Shown: positions 1 to 9,969, counted from the stretch's first letter. The stretch is DNA of 64,000 bases from Bacteroidales bacterium (GCA_016286055.1 JAEERW010000016.1:10932-74931), one strand, 5' to 3'. Notes: a model not told the origin generated them from the sequence alone. Translations and numbers: made by a program.

Positions 1-63
1 ACGCTCGGAATTAGCGACACTGTTTCGCAAAATATTATTAATTTTGCCGCCAAAGAAATATAA
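1..63 (+). CDS. possible 3' end of an upstream CDS (TLGISDTVSQNIINFAAKEI*)
   Basis: Frame 1 is open from the window edge to TAA at 61-63, 11 nt before the next ATG; too short to identify. Confidence 0.3.
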   Translation, partial: TLGISDTVSQNIINFAAKEI

Positions 64-74
64 ATTTTCGTTTA

Positions 75-860
75 ATGCAATTAATTGCTCTTATTTCGTT
101 TTTACCGGTTTTTTTGATTCTTTATTACATTTACAAAAAAGACCGCGACCCCGAACCATTTCAAACTGTGAGCCTTACGTTTGTTTTTGGTGCGGTTTCG
201 TGTGTTCCTGCCATTTTTCTCGAACTTGGAGCCGAGTATGCTCTTAACGCTTCGACGCTCGAAGTGGATACGCCTATTTACAATCGTGCGCGTATGTTTG
301 CTGGCGTGGCGTTGATAGAGGAGGTTTGCAAATGGTGCGTGGTAATGCTCTTTATTTGGAAACACAAAGATTTCGACGATTCGTACGATGCCATTGTGTA
401 TTGCGTAACGGCGTCGCTCGGTTTTGCGGCTTTGGAAAACTTGCTCTATGTGGCGCAAAACGGTCTGGCTGTGGGAGTTATGCGTGCCGTTACCTCTGTT
501 CCCGGACACGCTTGCTTCGGCGTTTTTATGGGATACTTTTTGGCAAAGGCAAAATACCATTCAAGCCACGGCAATACACAAAAAATGATACTTTGGATGG
601 CTCTTGCGCTTGCTGTGCCGGTGCTTGTTCACGGCGAATACGACTATCTGCTCACCGTGGATATGCTGTGGGTATTTCTGGGTTTGATTGTGGTTGCCGA
701 CATTGTGGCGTTTGTGCTTATTCACCATAGTTTTCACGACGACCATCCGATTGTCGACCGTCCAATACCCATTCCGCCTGAGTTTCCTACCACGCCGCCG
801 GAGTTCCATAACTCTGTTCCTCACACTTTTAACCCTAACAATCAATGCGATACAAACTAA
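75..860 (+). CDS. PrsW-family intramembrane glutamic/metallo-protease
   Basis: Multi-TM protein with DRDPEP, IEEVCK, GFAALENLLY, PGHACFG and HGEYD motifs; Pro-rich C-tail; TAATTTTG promoter motif at 39-46. Confidence 0.88.
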   Translation: MQLIALISFLPVFLILYYIYKKDRDPEPFQTVSLTFVFGAVSCVPAIFLELGAEYALNASTLEVDTPIYNRARMFAGVALIEEVCKWCVVMLFIWKHKDFDDSYDAIVYCVTASLGFAALENLLYVAQNGLAVGVMRAVTSVPGHACFGVFMGYFLAKAKYHSSHGNTQKMILWMALALAVPVLVHGEYDYLLTVDMLWVFLGLIVVADIVAFVLIHHSFHDDHPIVDRPIPIPPEFPTTPPEFHNSVPHTFNPNNQCDTN

Positions 861-1573
861 CTCTTGCCTACAATGGCGAAAATTACCACGGTTGGCAAAC
901 TCAGCCCAATGCGCCCACGGTTCAAGAAACTTTGGAACGGGCTTTCTCTTTGATTCTCCGTCAAAACACCTCAATTACAGGCTGCGGACGTACCGACACG
1001 GGTGTTCACGCCGAATATTACGTGGCTCATTTCGACACCTACGATATCAATGGCAAAATAGGCGACTTGATTCACAAGATGAACTCTTTTTTGCCCAAGG
1101 ATATCGCAATTTACAATATCGAACCTGTTGACGATGATTTCAACGCACGTTTTAGTGCCGTTAAACGTTCGTACCGCTATTGGATTCATACTCGCAAAGA
1201 CCCTTTTCTCGACCGCAGTTCGTGGCTTGTGCCGTATCCAATTGATATTGAAAAAATGAACCAAGGATGCGAGATTTTGAAACGTTACACCGACTTTGCC
1301 TCGTTTTGCAAGGCGGGCAGCGACAATAAGACCACCATCTGCCACATTTCGTCGGCACAATGGACTCAGGATGCCCATCGCATAAAGTTTGAAATCACTG
1401 CCGATAGGTTTCTTCGCAATATGGTTCGTGCAATAGTGGGCACAATGGTAGACCTTGGCTTAGGTAAAACCTCACTTGCTGATTTTGAGGATATAATAAA
1501 AAGCCACAAGCGCAGTTCCGCCGGACAATCTGTGCCAGCAAAAGGACTTGCGCTTGTGGATATAAGGTATTAA
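845..1573 (+). CDS. truA: tRNA pseudouridine(38-40) synthase
   Basis: YHGWQ.Q, GCGRTDTGVHA, FNARFSA and FLRNMVR motifs. Confidence 0.97.
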   Translation: MRYKLTLAYNGENYHGWQTQPNAPTVQETLERAFSLILRQNTSITGCGRTDTGVHAEYYVAHFDTYDINGKIGDLIHKMNSFLPKDIAIYNIEPVDDDFNARFSAVKRSYRYWIHTRKDPFLDRSSWLVPYPIDIEKMNQGCEILKRYTDFASFCKAGSDNKTTICHISSAQWTQDAHRIKFEITADRFLRNMVRAIVGTMVDLGLGKTSLADFEDIIKSHKRSSAGQSVPAKGLALVDIRY

Positions 1574-1586
1574 AAAATCTATCTGA

Positions 1587-3164
1587 TTACGCTTCTGGTA
1601 ATTCGATATCCTCGTCGGCAAGGCGTTTGAGGATATTGTTGATGTCGCAGTTTTCAGAAACGATGTCGGCAACCTTGTCGATAGCCACACGCTCTTGTTT
1701 CATACTGTCGCGCCAACGGATGGTAACGGTGTTGTCTTTGAGTGTGTCGTAATCAACTGTTACACAGAACGGTGTACCGATAGCATCTTGACGGCGGTAA
1801 CGTTTGCCGATGGTGTCTTTCTCCTCGTAACGGCAGTCGAAACGGTACATAAGGTCTTTCATAAGTTTCTGTGCTATTTCTGGCAAACCGTCTTTCTTAA
1901 CGAGCGGGAACACAGCCACTTTTACAGGAGCGAGAGCGGGCGGAATCTTCATTACCACGCGGCTGTCGGCCTTTCCGTCGGTAGTGAGGTCTTCCTCGGT
2001 GTACGATCCGGCAATGATGCTCAGGAACATACGGTCGAGTCCTATTGAAGTTTCGATAACGTAAGGAGTGTAACTTTGGTTGAGTTCGGGGTCGAAGTAC
2101 TGAATGTTTTTGCCCGAATATTTTTGGTGTTGACCAAGGTCAAAGTCGGTACGCGAGTGAATACCTTCCACCTCTTTGAATCCCATCGGGAAGTTGTATT
2201 CGATGTCGGTGGCGGCGTTGGCATAGTGTGCGAGTTTCTCGTGGTCGTGGAAACGGTAGTTGTCGGTGCCGAAACCGAGAGCCTCGTGCCATTTGCGACG
2301 CATTGTTTTCCAGTATTTAAACCAACGGAGTTCGGTGCCGGGTTTGATAAAATACTGCATTTCCATCTGCTCAAATTCGCGCATACGGAAAATAAACTGA
2401 CGAGCCACAATTTCGTTGCGGAAAGCCTTGCCTATCTGTGCGATACCGAAAGGAATTTTCATACGGCCGGTCTTCTGCACGTTGAGGTAGTTTACAAATA
2501 TACCTTGTGCAGTTTCGGGACGGAGATATATTGTTGATTGTTCGTCGGATACGCTACCCATCTTGGTAGAGAACATAAGGTTGAACTGGCGAACTTCTGT
2601 CCAGTTTTTAGTACCTGAAATGGGGCAGACGATGTCGCAGTCGAGAATTATCTGACGGAGTTCTTCAAGGTTGTTCTCGTTGAGAGCCTTGTCGTAACGT
2701 GCTGTAAGTTCGTTGATTTGCTGCTGAACTTTTTGAACGTTTTCGCTTGTGGCAAGGTATTTTTCCTTGTCGAACTTGTCGCCGAAACGTTTAGCGGCTT
2801 TTTCCACGTCTTTTTCTATTTTAGCGTAGAGTTTGTCGCGGTATTCTTCGATAAGGTTGTCGGCTCGGTAACGTTTTTTAGAGTCGCGGTTGTCGATAAG
2901 GGGGTCGTTGAAAGCGGCCACGTGTCCCGAAGCCTCCCAAGTTTTGGGATGCATAAAGATAGCGGCGTCGATGCCCACGATGTTTTCGTGGAGGCGTGTC
3001 ATAAACTTCCACCAATACTCTTTGATGTTGTTTTTAAGTTCCACGCCGTTTTGACCGTAGTCGTACACAGCGGCGAGACCGTCGTAAATTTCGCTCGACG
3101 GGAAAATAAAACCGTATTCTTTGCAGTGCGATATAAGTTTCTTTAATTGGTCGTCTTGTGCCAT
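1587..3164 (-). CDS. glyQS: glycine--tRNA ligase (alpha2 type)
   Basis: LRPETAQGIF, GKAFRNEI, FIFRMREFEQME and IGKRYRRQDAIGTP motifs. Confidence 0.97.
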   Translation of the reverse strand: MAQDDQLKKLISHCKEYGFIFPSSEIYDGLAAVYDYGQNGVELKNNIKEYWWKFMTRLHENIVGIDAAIFMHPKTWEASGHVAAFNDPLIDNRDSKKRYRADNLIEEYRDKLYAKIEKDVEKAAKRFGDKFDKEKYLATSENVQKVQQQINELTARYDKALNENNLEELRQIILDCDIVCPISGTKNWTEVRQFNLMFSTKMGSVSDEQSTIYLRPETAQGIFVNYLNVQKTGRMKIPFGIAQIGKAFRNEIVARQFIFRMREFEQMEMQYFIKPGTELRWFKYWKTMRRKWHEALGFGTDNYRFHDHEKLAHYANAATDIEYNFPMGFKEVEGIHSRTDFDLGQHQKYSGKNIQYFDPELNQSYTPYVIETSIGLDRMFLSIIAGSYTEEDLTTDGKADSRVVMKIPPALAPVKVAVFPLVKKDGLPEIAQKLMKDLMYRFDCRYEEKDTIGKRYRRQDAIGTPFCVTVDYDTLKDNTVTIRWRDSMKQERVAIDKVADIVSENCDINNILKRLADEDIELPEA

Positions 3165-3193
3165 TGTATTGTATGTTAAATAATTTCAGGTTG

Positions 3194-3201
3194 CAAAGTT
3201 A
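3194..3201 (-). promoter_or_regulatory. Bacteroidota sigma-A -7 element (TAACTTTG) for glyQS
   Basis: Matches TAnnTTTG about 30 nt upstream of the start codon. Confidence 0.65.
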
Positions 3202-3277
3202 GATATAAATTTTGAGATTATATCATTTTTTTGCAAATTATCTTTTATTTGCATTCTTCTCGTTGGTTTCTATTTAT

Positions 3278-3357
3278 AAAAAAACTCCCCGGTCCTCACG
3301 GATACGGGGAGAAACTTTAAAAATTATGGATTATGACAATATAAATACTACAAATTA
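3278..3357 (-). ncRNA. candidate ~80 nt small RNA
   Basis: TATATTTG promoter motif (3363-3370, minus), U-rich body, then hairpin CTCCCCG-TATCC-GTGA-GGAC-CGGGGAG plus T7; no convincing ORF. Confidence 0.55.
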
Positions 3358-3464
3358 CGATGCAAATATAAGTATTTTTTTTGATGATGGAATGGTTATG
3401 GGCGTTTTTTTTCTAATCAGCGAAGAAGTAAAGATATTTTTTATATTTTTGTGATGTCAGAATT

Positions 3465-3938
3465 ATGAAGATAAAAAAACACATATTGGCGTTTGCACTG
3501 TTGTTTGTGATTGTAACAGTGGGAGTTGTGGCATTTTTGATATCAAAAGCCAACAACAACGGAGCCGAAATACTATTAAAATTGGCACCCGTTGACCCGC
3601 GTTCGCTTATTCAGGGCGACTATATGGCTCTCGACTACGAACTTATGTGGGAAATCCGCTACAAAGGCGATTACAAATTTGTGGTGGTAACGGTCGACGA
3701 CAATCGCGTGGCTACGTTCAACCGCCTGCAAAACGACAGCACCCAAAATGCCAACGAACTCCTACTCCGCTACAAACGCGACGGCAACAAAATTTCCTTA
3801 GGTGCCGAACACTTTTTCTTCAATGCCGACTCCGTAGAAAAATACCAACAAGCCGAATACGGATTAATCAAAGTAGACAACCAAGGTAGATGCAGCCTTG
3901 TGGGTGTTTGCGGAAATGATAAAAGGTTGATTGAGTAG
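3465..3938 (+). CDS. GDYXXLXY domain membrane-anchored protein
   Basis: N-terminal TM; PVDPRSLIQGDYMALDY signature. Confidence 0.88.
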   Translation: MKIKKHILAFALLFVIVTVGVVAFLISKANNNGAEILLKLAPVDPRSLIQGDYMALDYELMWEIRYKGDYKFVVVTVDDNRVATFNRLQNDSTQNANELLLRYKRDGNKISLGAEHFFFNADSVEKYQQAEYGLIKVDNQGRCSLVGVCGNDKRLIE

Positions 3939-3945
3939 TCCCCCG

Positions 3946-5079
3946 CTAACACTCAATTACACAGCACCTACCCCACTTCCGCAATCGTTCGGAATTGTAT
4001 TTTTCACATTGTTTGTCGGGAAAAATCCAGAGTACTTTTGGCTTGCGACCTGTGATTTTGGGCTCGTTGGCGTATCCGTCGGTAAAGATTATTATGCCGT
4101 CGTAATGAGTTTTGGATGTGCGAAAAAAATCAAAAACCGGCTGGAAATCAGTACCTCCGCGACCAGTTACTTTAATTTCGGTTTGTGCTTTTTTAAGAGG
4201 AAGAACTTCTCCTAACTCGGTATCAAACTGCACTGTATCAATACTTTCGATGCCGTATTTAAAGAAACGGTTTAATACCGAATAAAACTTTTGCAACATT
4301 TTGCTATCAACCGAACCGCTAACATCTACCGCTACCAAAAGGTTTGTGCGCATTTTGTACACGCTGCCAAGGTTTTGAAAATCAGTCCTGCGGTTGGGGC
4401 GCATACGTGTGAGGTTTCTGCGGCTGCTTATTACGCTTGCCCTGAATCCCGAAAGCACTTTGCGATAATCGATTTGAGCCTTTAACGATGCCTTTATCTT
4501 CTCCACCAAATCGCCAGGCAGCGACCCCCACGAGATGGTGTTTTCTATAATTTCGTTGATACGGCTACATTCAAACTCGTTCTCCTCCCACAACTCGGAT
4601 AATGGAGTGCATGGAGTGCAGGCAACTCGCCTGCCATCACCATTATTGCCATCACTTGATATGGCAGGCGAACCGCCTGCACTCCATAGTTTCATCGCAT
4701 ACCATTCAAAATATTCTGTTGAGGGCAATTGAAATTCATCTGCCTTGTGTAAATTCAAATATTTGAAATTATAATTGTTGGTAAGCACAATGTTGCTCGC
4801 AACTGCGCGTATCTCGGCAGGACATTCGGGCTGACGCTGATATGGATGTTTGAGCATAATGCGGATTGTTTCGGTGCGGAACAATTCTTCTAACGCATTG
4901 TCGTCTACCGTTTTAACAATGTCGGGATTATACTCAATTCGTCCACGTCCGCAGCGTACAGGGATAGGCATTTTAAAGTTTTCTACCAACTCGTGTGCGC
5001 ACAAAACTCCGTGCAACGCCGGCTCGGTAAGAAACCAATTGTCGTAAACATGCTTGCTGATACGGTCGTATGAGGTCAT
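3946..5079 (-). CDS. DUF2201-type protein: degenerate metallopeptidase-like N-domain plus vWA domain
   Basis: RPNRR, VAVDVSGS MIDAS, GRGGTDF and IIFTDG motifs; directly downstream of an AAA ATPase. Confidence 0.85.
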   Translation of the reverse strand: MTSYDRISKHVYDNWFLTEPALHGVLCAHELVENFKMPIPVRCGRGRIEYNPDIVKTVDDNALEELFRTETIRIMLKHPYQRQPECPAEIRAVASNIVLTNNYNFKYLNLHKADEFQLPSTEYFEWYAMKLWSAGGSPAISSDGNNGDGRRVACTPCTPLSELWEENEFECSRINEIIENTISWGSLPGDLVEKIKASLKAQIDYRKVLSGFRASVISSRRNLTRMRPNRRTDFQNLGSVYKMRTNLLVAVDVSGSVDSKMLQKFYSVLNRFFKYGIESIDTVQFDTELGEVLPLKKAQTEIKVTGRGGTDFQPVFDFFRTSKTHYDGIIIFTDGYANEPKITGRKPKVLWIFPDKQCEKYNSERLRKWGRCCVIEC

Positions 5080-5087
5080 AATGTCAA

Positions 5088-6161
5088 TTATAACTTACTT
5101 ACAAACTTCATTAATTTTTGATACACCTCCATTGCGTTAGATACAATGAATGCCACAGCCGAGGGGTACATGCCTTGCGAAAATACCGATGTAAAATGCG
5201 CCAAGGACTCTTTGTTGGTGTCTGATTCAAGGAGCGCAATATAGTTTTTGAGGTGGTCAGTGGCGGTGACTTTCTCCTCGGCGGTGATTTCGGCAGTTTC
5301 GAGAAAGCGGAAAATGCCTTCGTTTAACGTTGAAAACTGATGAACTTTGTATTTTGAAATCCTTGCCTTCACTTTGTCGAAATTCAATAGCACCTCTCTG
5401 CCTCCGATAATTTTGGCAGCCGATGCCGAAGCGTAGAATTTTTGCGCAGCCTGAACACCTATCACGCCGGCAATCATCTTTTGGTCAGTTTGGTCTAAAT
5501 CTCTGATATGCAGAATAATATCCGAGACTTTTTTCCAAGCCCTGCGGTCAGGAAATTTTTCTAATCCGCTGTCGATTTGCGGACGATCGGCAACATTGCC
5601 ATCGAGCCAATCGGGATTAGATGAAATAAAATCGGTAACGCGACTGTCAAGTTTCTGTTTTTCAGCCCACAAGAGCCATTCCTTATATGTAGGGCGAAAT
5701 CCGTAAACATTAAAACGCGAAACGAGCGCAGGGTCGAGGTCGGTAAGTTGATACTCCTCGCCATCGTTAACAGCCGAAATCAAGCGGCTACCCTTTGGAA
5801 GAGTACGTCCGGCGAGTTTTCGGTTAAGTGCCAAATCCATAATAGTTTGCAACACTTCGGGACGTGCGCGGTTTAATTCGTCTAAAAACAGCACCACCGG
5901 CTCATCATCGTTGGGGAACCAATACGGCGGCAGAAATTCCGTTCTACCCGATTCGGCATTTTTGATAGGCAGACCAATTAAGTCGCCCGGGTCGCTCATC
6001 TGTCCAAGAAACAGGGCTACCACCTTAAAGCCTTTTTCGGTGTAATAGTTAGTAAGAATCTCCGATTTGCCAATGCCGTGTTTTCCAACAAGCATAATAT
6101 TCTGATTGGCAGGGGTTTTATCGAGAATTTCTAAAAGTTCTATGGTGTTGATGTTTATCAT
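5088..6161 (-). CDS. MoxR-like AAA+ ATPase
   Basis: Walker A GKHGIGKS, Walker B LFLDELNRA, DPALVSRF; start moved to ATG 6161 because a TACCTTTG promoter motif lies at 6180-6187 (minus). Confidence 0.88.
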   Translation of the reverse strand: MININTIELLEILDKTPANQNIMLVGKHGIGKSEILTNYYTEKGFKVVALFLGQMSDPGDLIGLPIKNAESGRTEFLPPYWFPNDDEPVVLFLDELNRARPEVLQTIMDLALNRKLAGRTLPKGSRLISAVNDGEEYQLTDLDPALVSRFNVYGFRPTYKEWLLWAEKQKLDSRVTDFISSNPDWLDGNVADRPQIDSGLEKFPDRRAWKKVSDIILHIRDLDQTDQKMIAGVIGVQAAQKFYASASAAKIIGGREVLLNFDKVKARISKYKVHQFSTLNEGIFRFLETAEITAEEKVTATDHLKNYIALLESDTNKESLAHFTSVFSQGMYPSAVAFIVSNAMEVYQKLMKFVSKL

Positions 6162-6600
6162 AATGTACGTAGTTTTTGGCAAAGGTATATTATTTTTTGG
6201 GAAAGGAGTTTTTTTTAAGTTCAAAAACATTTCACGTTTTTGGTGGGATGGTCCCGACGCTGTGAAAGATTTTTATAGGGAAGAATTGAAACGCAAAAAA
6301 AACTAATTGAATATTACTTTTTCCAAAAGATTATTATCCTCTTTTATGATATTCTTTACATAAAAACGGCCGTTTTCTTCGGCAAAAGCCTTTATAGCCT
6401 TAATTCCAGCAATCACTTTGTCGATTTTTGATTTAGGTTTCAAGCTTGCGGAGTTGCTGTTTGTTAATAGTAAACATAGTGGTTTGTATTTTTGCAAAAG
6501 TAATTTTTTTAAGGGGGAAAGTGTATTTTTTGGGGAAAGACAAAAAATCATTACTTTTGCAGCCAATATTTGTAGTATTACCTTAATATATATATAAAGA

Positions 6601-8040
6601 ATGCTTTTTAGTTCTATAACGTTTATTGGATTTTTCTTGCCGGCAGTTATTCTGCTTTACTTTATTATCCCCAATAGGACTTATAAAAACATTGTGTTGC
6701 TTGTATCAAGCCTTCTATTTTATGCATGGGGCGAGCCTAAGTTCGTATTTCTGATGATGGGTTCGATACTAATCAACTATCTGATGGGTATTTTGATAGA
6801 GAAATACGAGAGAAAAAAACTCATACTTACTACGGCTATATCTATTAATCTATGCATATTATTTATATTTAAATATTTAGGGTTTACATGCGCAATTTTC
6901 GACGGTCTTATTGAATCGCTTCATATCAAGGTGCTGCAAGACTTAAACCTTGTAATGCCTATAGGAATATCGTTCTACACTTTTCAAACAATCACCTATA
7001 TAGTAGACGTTTACCGAGGACAGGTATCCGCTCAAAAAAACATTCTCAACCTCGGATTATACATTACCTTCTTTCCGCAATTGATAGCGGGCCCTATTGT
7101 GCGCTATCACGATATTAACCAACAGATAGAAAACCGAAAGGAAACGATAGAAAAGATAAGTGAGGGTTTACAACGTTTTATTATAGGTCTTGCCAAAAAG
7201 GTGCTGATTGCCAACAATCTTGCCATAGTGTGCGACTCAATTTACGATACCGACTACTTTGCTTACGGCACTTTTACTGCTTGGATTGCAGCCATATCAT
7301 ACGCTCTGCAAATCTACTACGATTTTTCGGGCTACTCGGATATGGCAATAGGTCTCGCCAAAATTTTCGGTTTCAACATTTTGGAAAACTTCAACTATCC
7401 GTATGCTGCAAAATCGGTTACAGATTTTTGGAAACGGTGGCACATTTCGCTTACCAACTTTTTCCGCGATTATGTTTACATACCTCTCGGTGGCAACCGC
7501 AAAGGTAAAAAGCGGACAATGTTTAACCGCATTACCGTGTTTTTCCTCACGGGTTTGTGGCATGGCGCAGCGTGGCATTTTATAGCGTGGGGCTTACTGC
7601 ACGGCCTTACAATGGTGGCAGAACGTGCGCTAAAACTCAACGAAAAACTTAAAGGTGTATTTAGCATTTTTTACCGAGCTTTTACGCTTATGCTGATTAC
7701 TATTTTTTGGGTAATATTCCGCAACGGAATCGACAAAACGGTTTGGCGATTCATACTCAAAATGTTCGGTGGCAACTATACAGTTTTTTCAAAAAGTTAC
7801 CGCCCAATTGTTGATACCAACTTGTTTTGGTTCGAATGCGACACCAAATTTTTCATCGTAATCACCATAGCCATCGCATTCTGCTTCCCATGGTGGAAAA
7901 AAATCACCCTACCACAGTCTCCACTAATCACAAACTCGCTCAGCATAATTAAGTGTCTGGTAATAATATTGCTATTTGTTTTATGCACTGCATATTTAGC
8001 CAACAACACATACAATCCGTTTATTTATTTCAGATTTTAA
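6601..8040 (+). CDS. MBOAT-family O-acyltransferase (AlgI/PatA-like)
   Basis: PIGISFYTFQ, FFPQLIAGPIVR, DFSGYSDMAIG, FWKRWHISL, YIPLGGNR, GLWHGA and NPFIYFRF motifs; TACTTTTG promoter at 6552-6559. Confidence 0.93.
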   Translation: MLFSSITFIGFFLPAVILLYFIIPNRTYKNIVLLVSSLLFYAWGEPKFVFLMMGSILINYLMGILIEKYERKKLILTTAISINLCILFIFKYLGFTCAIFDGLIESLHIKVLQDLNLVMPIGISFYTFQTITYIVDVYRGQVSAQKNILNLGLYITFFPQLIAGPIVRYHDINQQIENRKETIEKISEGLQRFIIGLAKKVLIANNLAIVCDSIYDTDYFAYGTFTAWIAAISYALQIYYDFSGYSDMAIGLAKIFGFNILENFNYPYAAKSVTDFWKRWHISLTNFFRDYVYIPLGGNRKGKKRTMFNRITVFFLTGLWHGAAWHFIAWGLLHGLTMVAERALKLNEKLKGVFSIFYRAFTLMLITIFWVIFRNGIDKTVWRFILKMFGGNYTVFSKSYRPIVDTNLFWFECDTKFFIVITIAIAFCFPWWKKITLPQSPLITNSLSIIKCLVIILLFVLCTAYLANNTYNPFIYFRF

Positions 8041-8041
8041 A

Positions 8042-9124
8042 ATGAAAAAATTTATCCACATATCTTTCTGCACCGTAATAGGAATAGCCTTGGCGTTAAG
8101 CATAGTAAATTTCAATCGTCAGGGTAACGTTTTGTCTACCGAAAAACGTTCAATAGCCCCTATTCCAAAGCATATCACTGATTTTAAAGATTGGGATACA
8201 TGTTTCAACGATCGTTTCGGCTATCGCGAACAACTTATAAATATTGCAAACTTTATCGACTACGATATTCTTCATAAAACAATAAAAAACTCTAAGGCTT
8301 TCAAGGGCAAAGATGGCTGGTTCTTCTATATAAATGCTGCCGATGGCAACAACCAAGGTGATTATAGCAAGACTAATTTACTCAATGAAGATGAATTAGC
8401 AAAATTTAAGGCTGAGATTCAAGAAAACGCTAAATGGTGCAGCGATAATGGAATCAAGTGTCTGTTTGTAATTTGCCCAAACAAGCATAATGTGTACCCC
8501 GAATACCATATTCTGGACCGACCAGAAGGCATCACTCGCACCGAACAACTTCTTTCTGTCTTCAACGAATCTGGTATCAAATGCATTTATCCTCTTGATT
8601 ATCTCTTAGAAAAGAAAAAAACAGACACCATCCCTCTTTATTATGAAACCGACACGCATTGGAATGACCTCGGAGCCTACTATGCGTTTGAAGCAATAAA
8701 AGAGGAGATTGTAAAAATGTTCCCCGACAAAAACTTTCCAAATATTGAATACAAACGCAAAGTTTCTTATAGCGAAACCGCAGGTGACATCCCCCCGATG
8801 CTAAACATAAAAGAGGCAAAGAGCACTCGTATTTCTCTCTCCCCTATTAAAGGTAGCTTTAAAGACTATTATGTGTATACCAAAAACGAAGAAAGAGACG
8901 GTGTTATTTCAAAAGGCAAAAACAAAAATCTTCCTAAGGTTGTGATATTCCGCGACTCGTTCTTTACCGCCATGACTAAATATCTATCTACCTTATTTTC
9001 TAATGCAGAATACAATTGGAGGCGTATAACCGATGATGACAAGAAAAGCATTCTGGCTAACAAGCCCGATCTAATTATTTTCGAATCAGTGGAACGTAAT
9101 GCTGTAACTATTGCTAAGGAATAG
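8042..9124 (+). CDS. AlgJ/AlgX-like SGNH O-acetyltransferase partner
   Basis: N-terminal anchor, GKDGWFF, PNK..VYPE, YYETDTHWN..GA and FRDSF motifs; starts 1 nt after the MBOAT stop. Confidence 0.85.
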   Translation: MKKFIHISFCTVIGIALALSIVNFNRQGNVLSTEKRSIAPIPKHITDFKDWDTCFNDRFGYREQLINIANFIDYDILHKTIKNSKAFKGKDGWFFYINAADGNNQGDYSKTNLLNEDELAKFKAEIQENAKWCSDNGIKCLFVICPNKHNVYPEYHILDRPEGITRTEQLLSVFNESGIKCIYPLDYLLEKKKTDTIPLYYETDTHWNDLGAYYAFEAIKEEIVKMFPDKNFPNIEYKRKVSYSETAGDIPPMLNIKEAKSTRISLSPIKGSFKDYYVYTKNEERDGVISKGKNKNLPKVVIFRDSFFTAMTKYLSTLFSNAEYNWRRITDDDKKSILANKPDLIIFESVERNAVTIAKE

Positions 9125-9128
9125 GTAA

Positions 9129-9899
9129 CTATATCCAAAAATGATTATTATTGCTTTTGTAATATCTTTTTATCCTAAAATCGTTGCCTTGGGTTACAAA
9201 GTCGTTTAGGGTTTTTACAACATTGATAAACGCATCGGGATTTGCCAATAATTTAGCGTTTTTAATATAAAAATTTACTTCTTTTTTATCGCTTAGTATT
9301 ACTTTTATATTGCTACTTGGACGCTTAACTAATGTGTTGTATTTCAGTCCCAAGGGGGTAAGTTTTTCTTTGAGAAGTGCCTCCACTGCGGCAACGGAAA
9401 TCTTGTTTTTCATCAAATCTTTCTGTACCGCAAATTTTATGCGTTCGGCAATGGGTTTCCAAATGGGAATGCGGGTGGCGATAAACTCCACCACATCGCA
9501 AAAACGCGGAATATCGTCGCCGGTGATTAGACATTCGCACCCAGTAAAACCGGTGCTGTAATATCCCGAACGGAATGGTTCAAGGCAAATCACTCCTCCT
9601 TCGTGAAATTTTATGTACAAGTAATCGAAACCTCGCGAGTCCTTTGCCACATCTGCATATTTGCCGTGTCGCTCTAATAGCGTGGCATAAACGGTCTCAA
9701 AATCCATTTTTTTAGCATTGGCAGCAATTTCCCTATTGCGATGCAGACGAGGAAGAAAATGCGAAACAAACACCACCATAGCATATTTCAACAGTTCATC
9801 AGCATAGAGATTCATATTCTTAGTAGGAGTGTTTCGCTTTGCCTCTTTAAAGCATTCGGATTCTATTTTGCGGAGTTCTTTTGGGTCGAGTTCTAACAT
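9129..9899 (-). CDS. hypothetical protein
   Basis: 256 aa ORF filling the gap between the fumarase terminator and the AlgJ-like gene; A-rich start region. Confidence 0.7.
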   Translation of the reverse strand: MLELDPKELRKIESECFKEAKRNTPTKNMNLYADELLKYAMVVFVSHFLPRLHRNREIAANAKKMDFETVYATLLERHGKYADVAKDSRGFDYLYIKFHEGGVICLEPFRSGYYSTGFTGCECLITGDDIPRFCDVVEFIATRIPIWKPIAERIKFAVQKDLMKNKISVAAVEALLKEKLTPLGLKYNTLVKRPSSNIKVILSDKKEVNFYIKNAKLLANPDAFINVVKTLNDFVTQGNDFRIKRYYKSNNNHFWI

Positions 9900-9932
9900 A
9901 ATAAAAGGTTATATTAATACAATTCTAAAAAT

Positions 9933-9969
9933 AAAAACAGGGCTGAATTATATTTCTCAGCCCCGTTTT
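9933..9969 (-). terminator. intrinsic terminator after fumarase
   Basis: GGGCTGA/TCAGCCC stem flanked by A and T tracts. Confidence 0.7.

Noticed and set aside
3200-3370. T-box or attenuator for glyQS
   Set aside because: No T-box motif, too short, and glyQS has its own promoter motif downstream of the terminator
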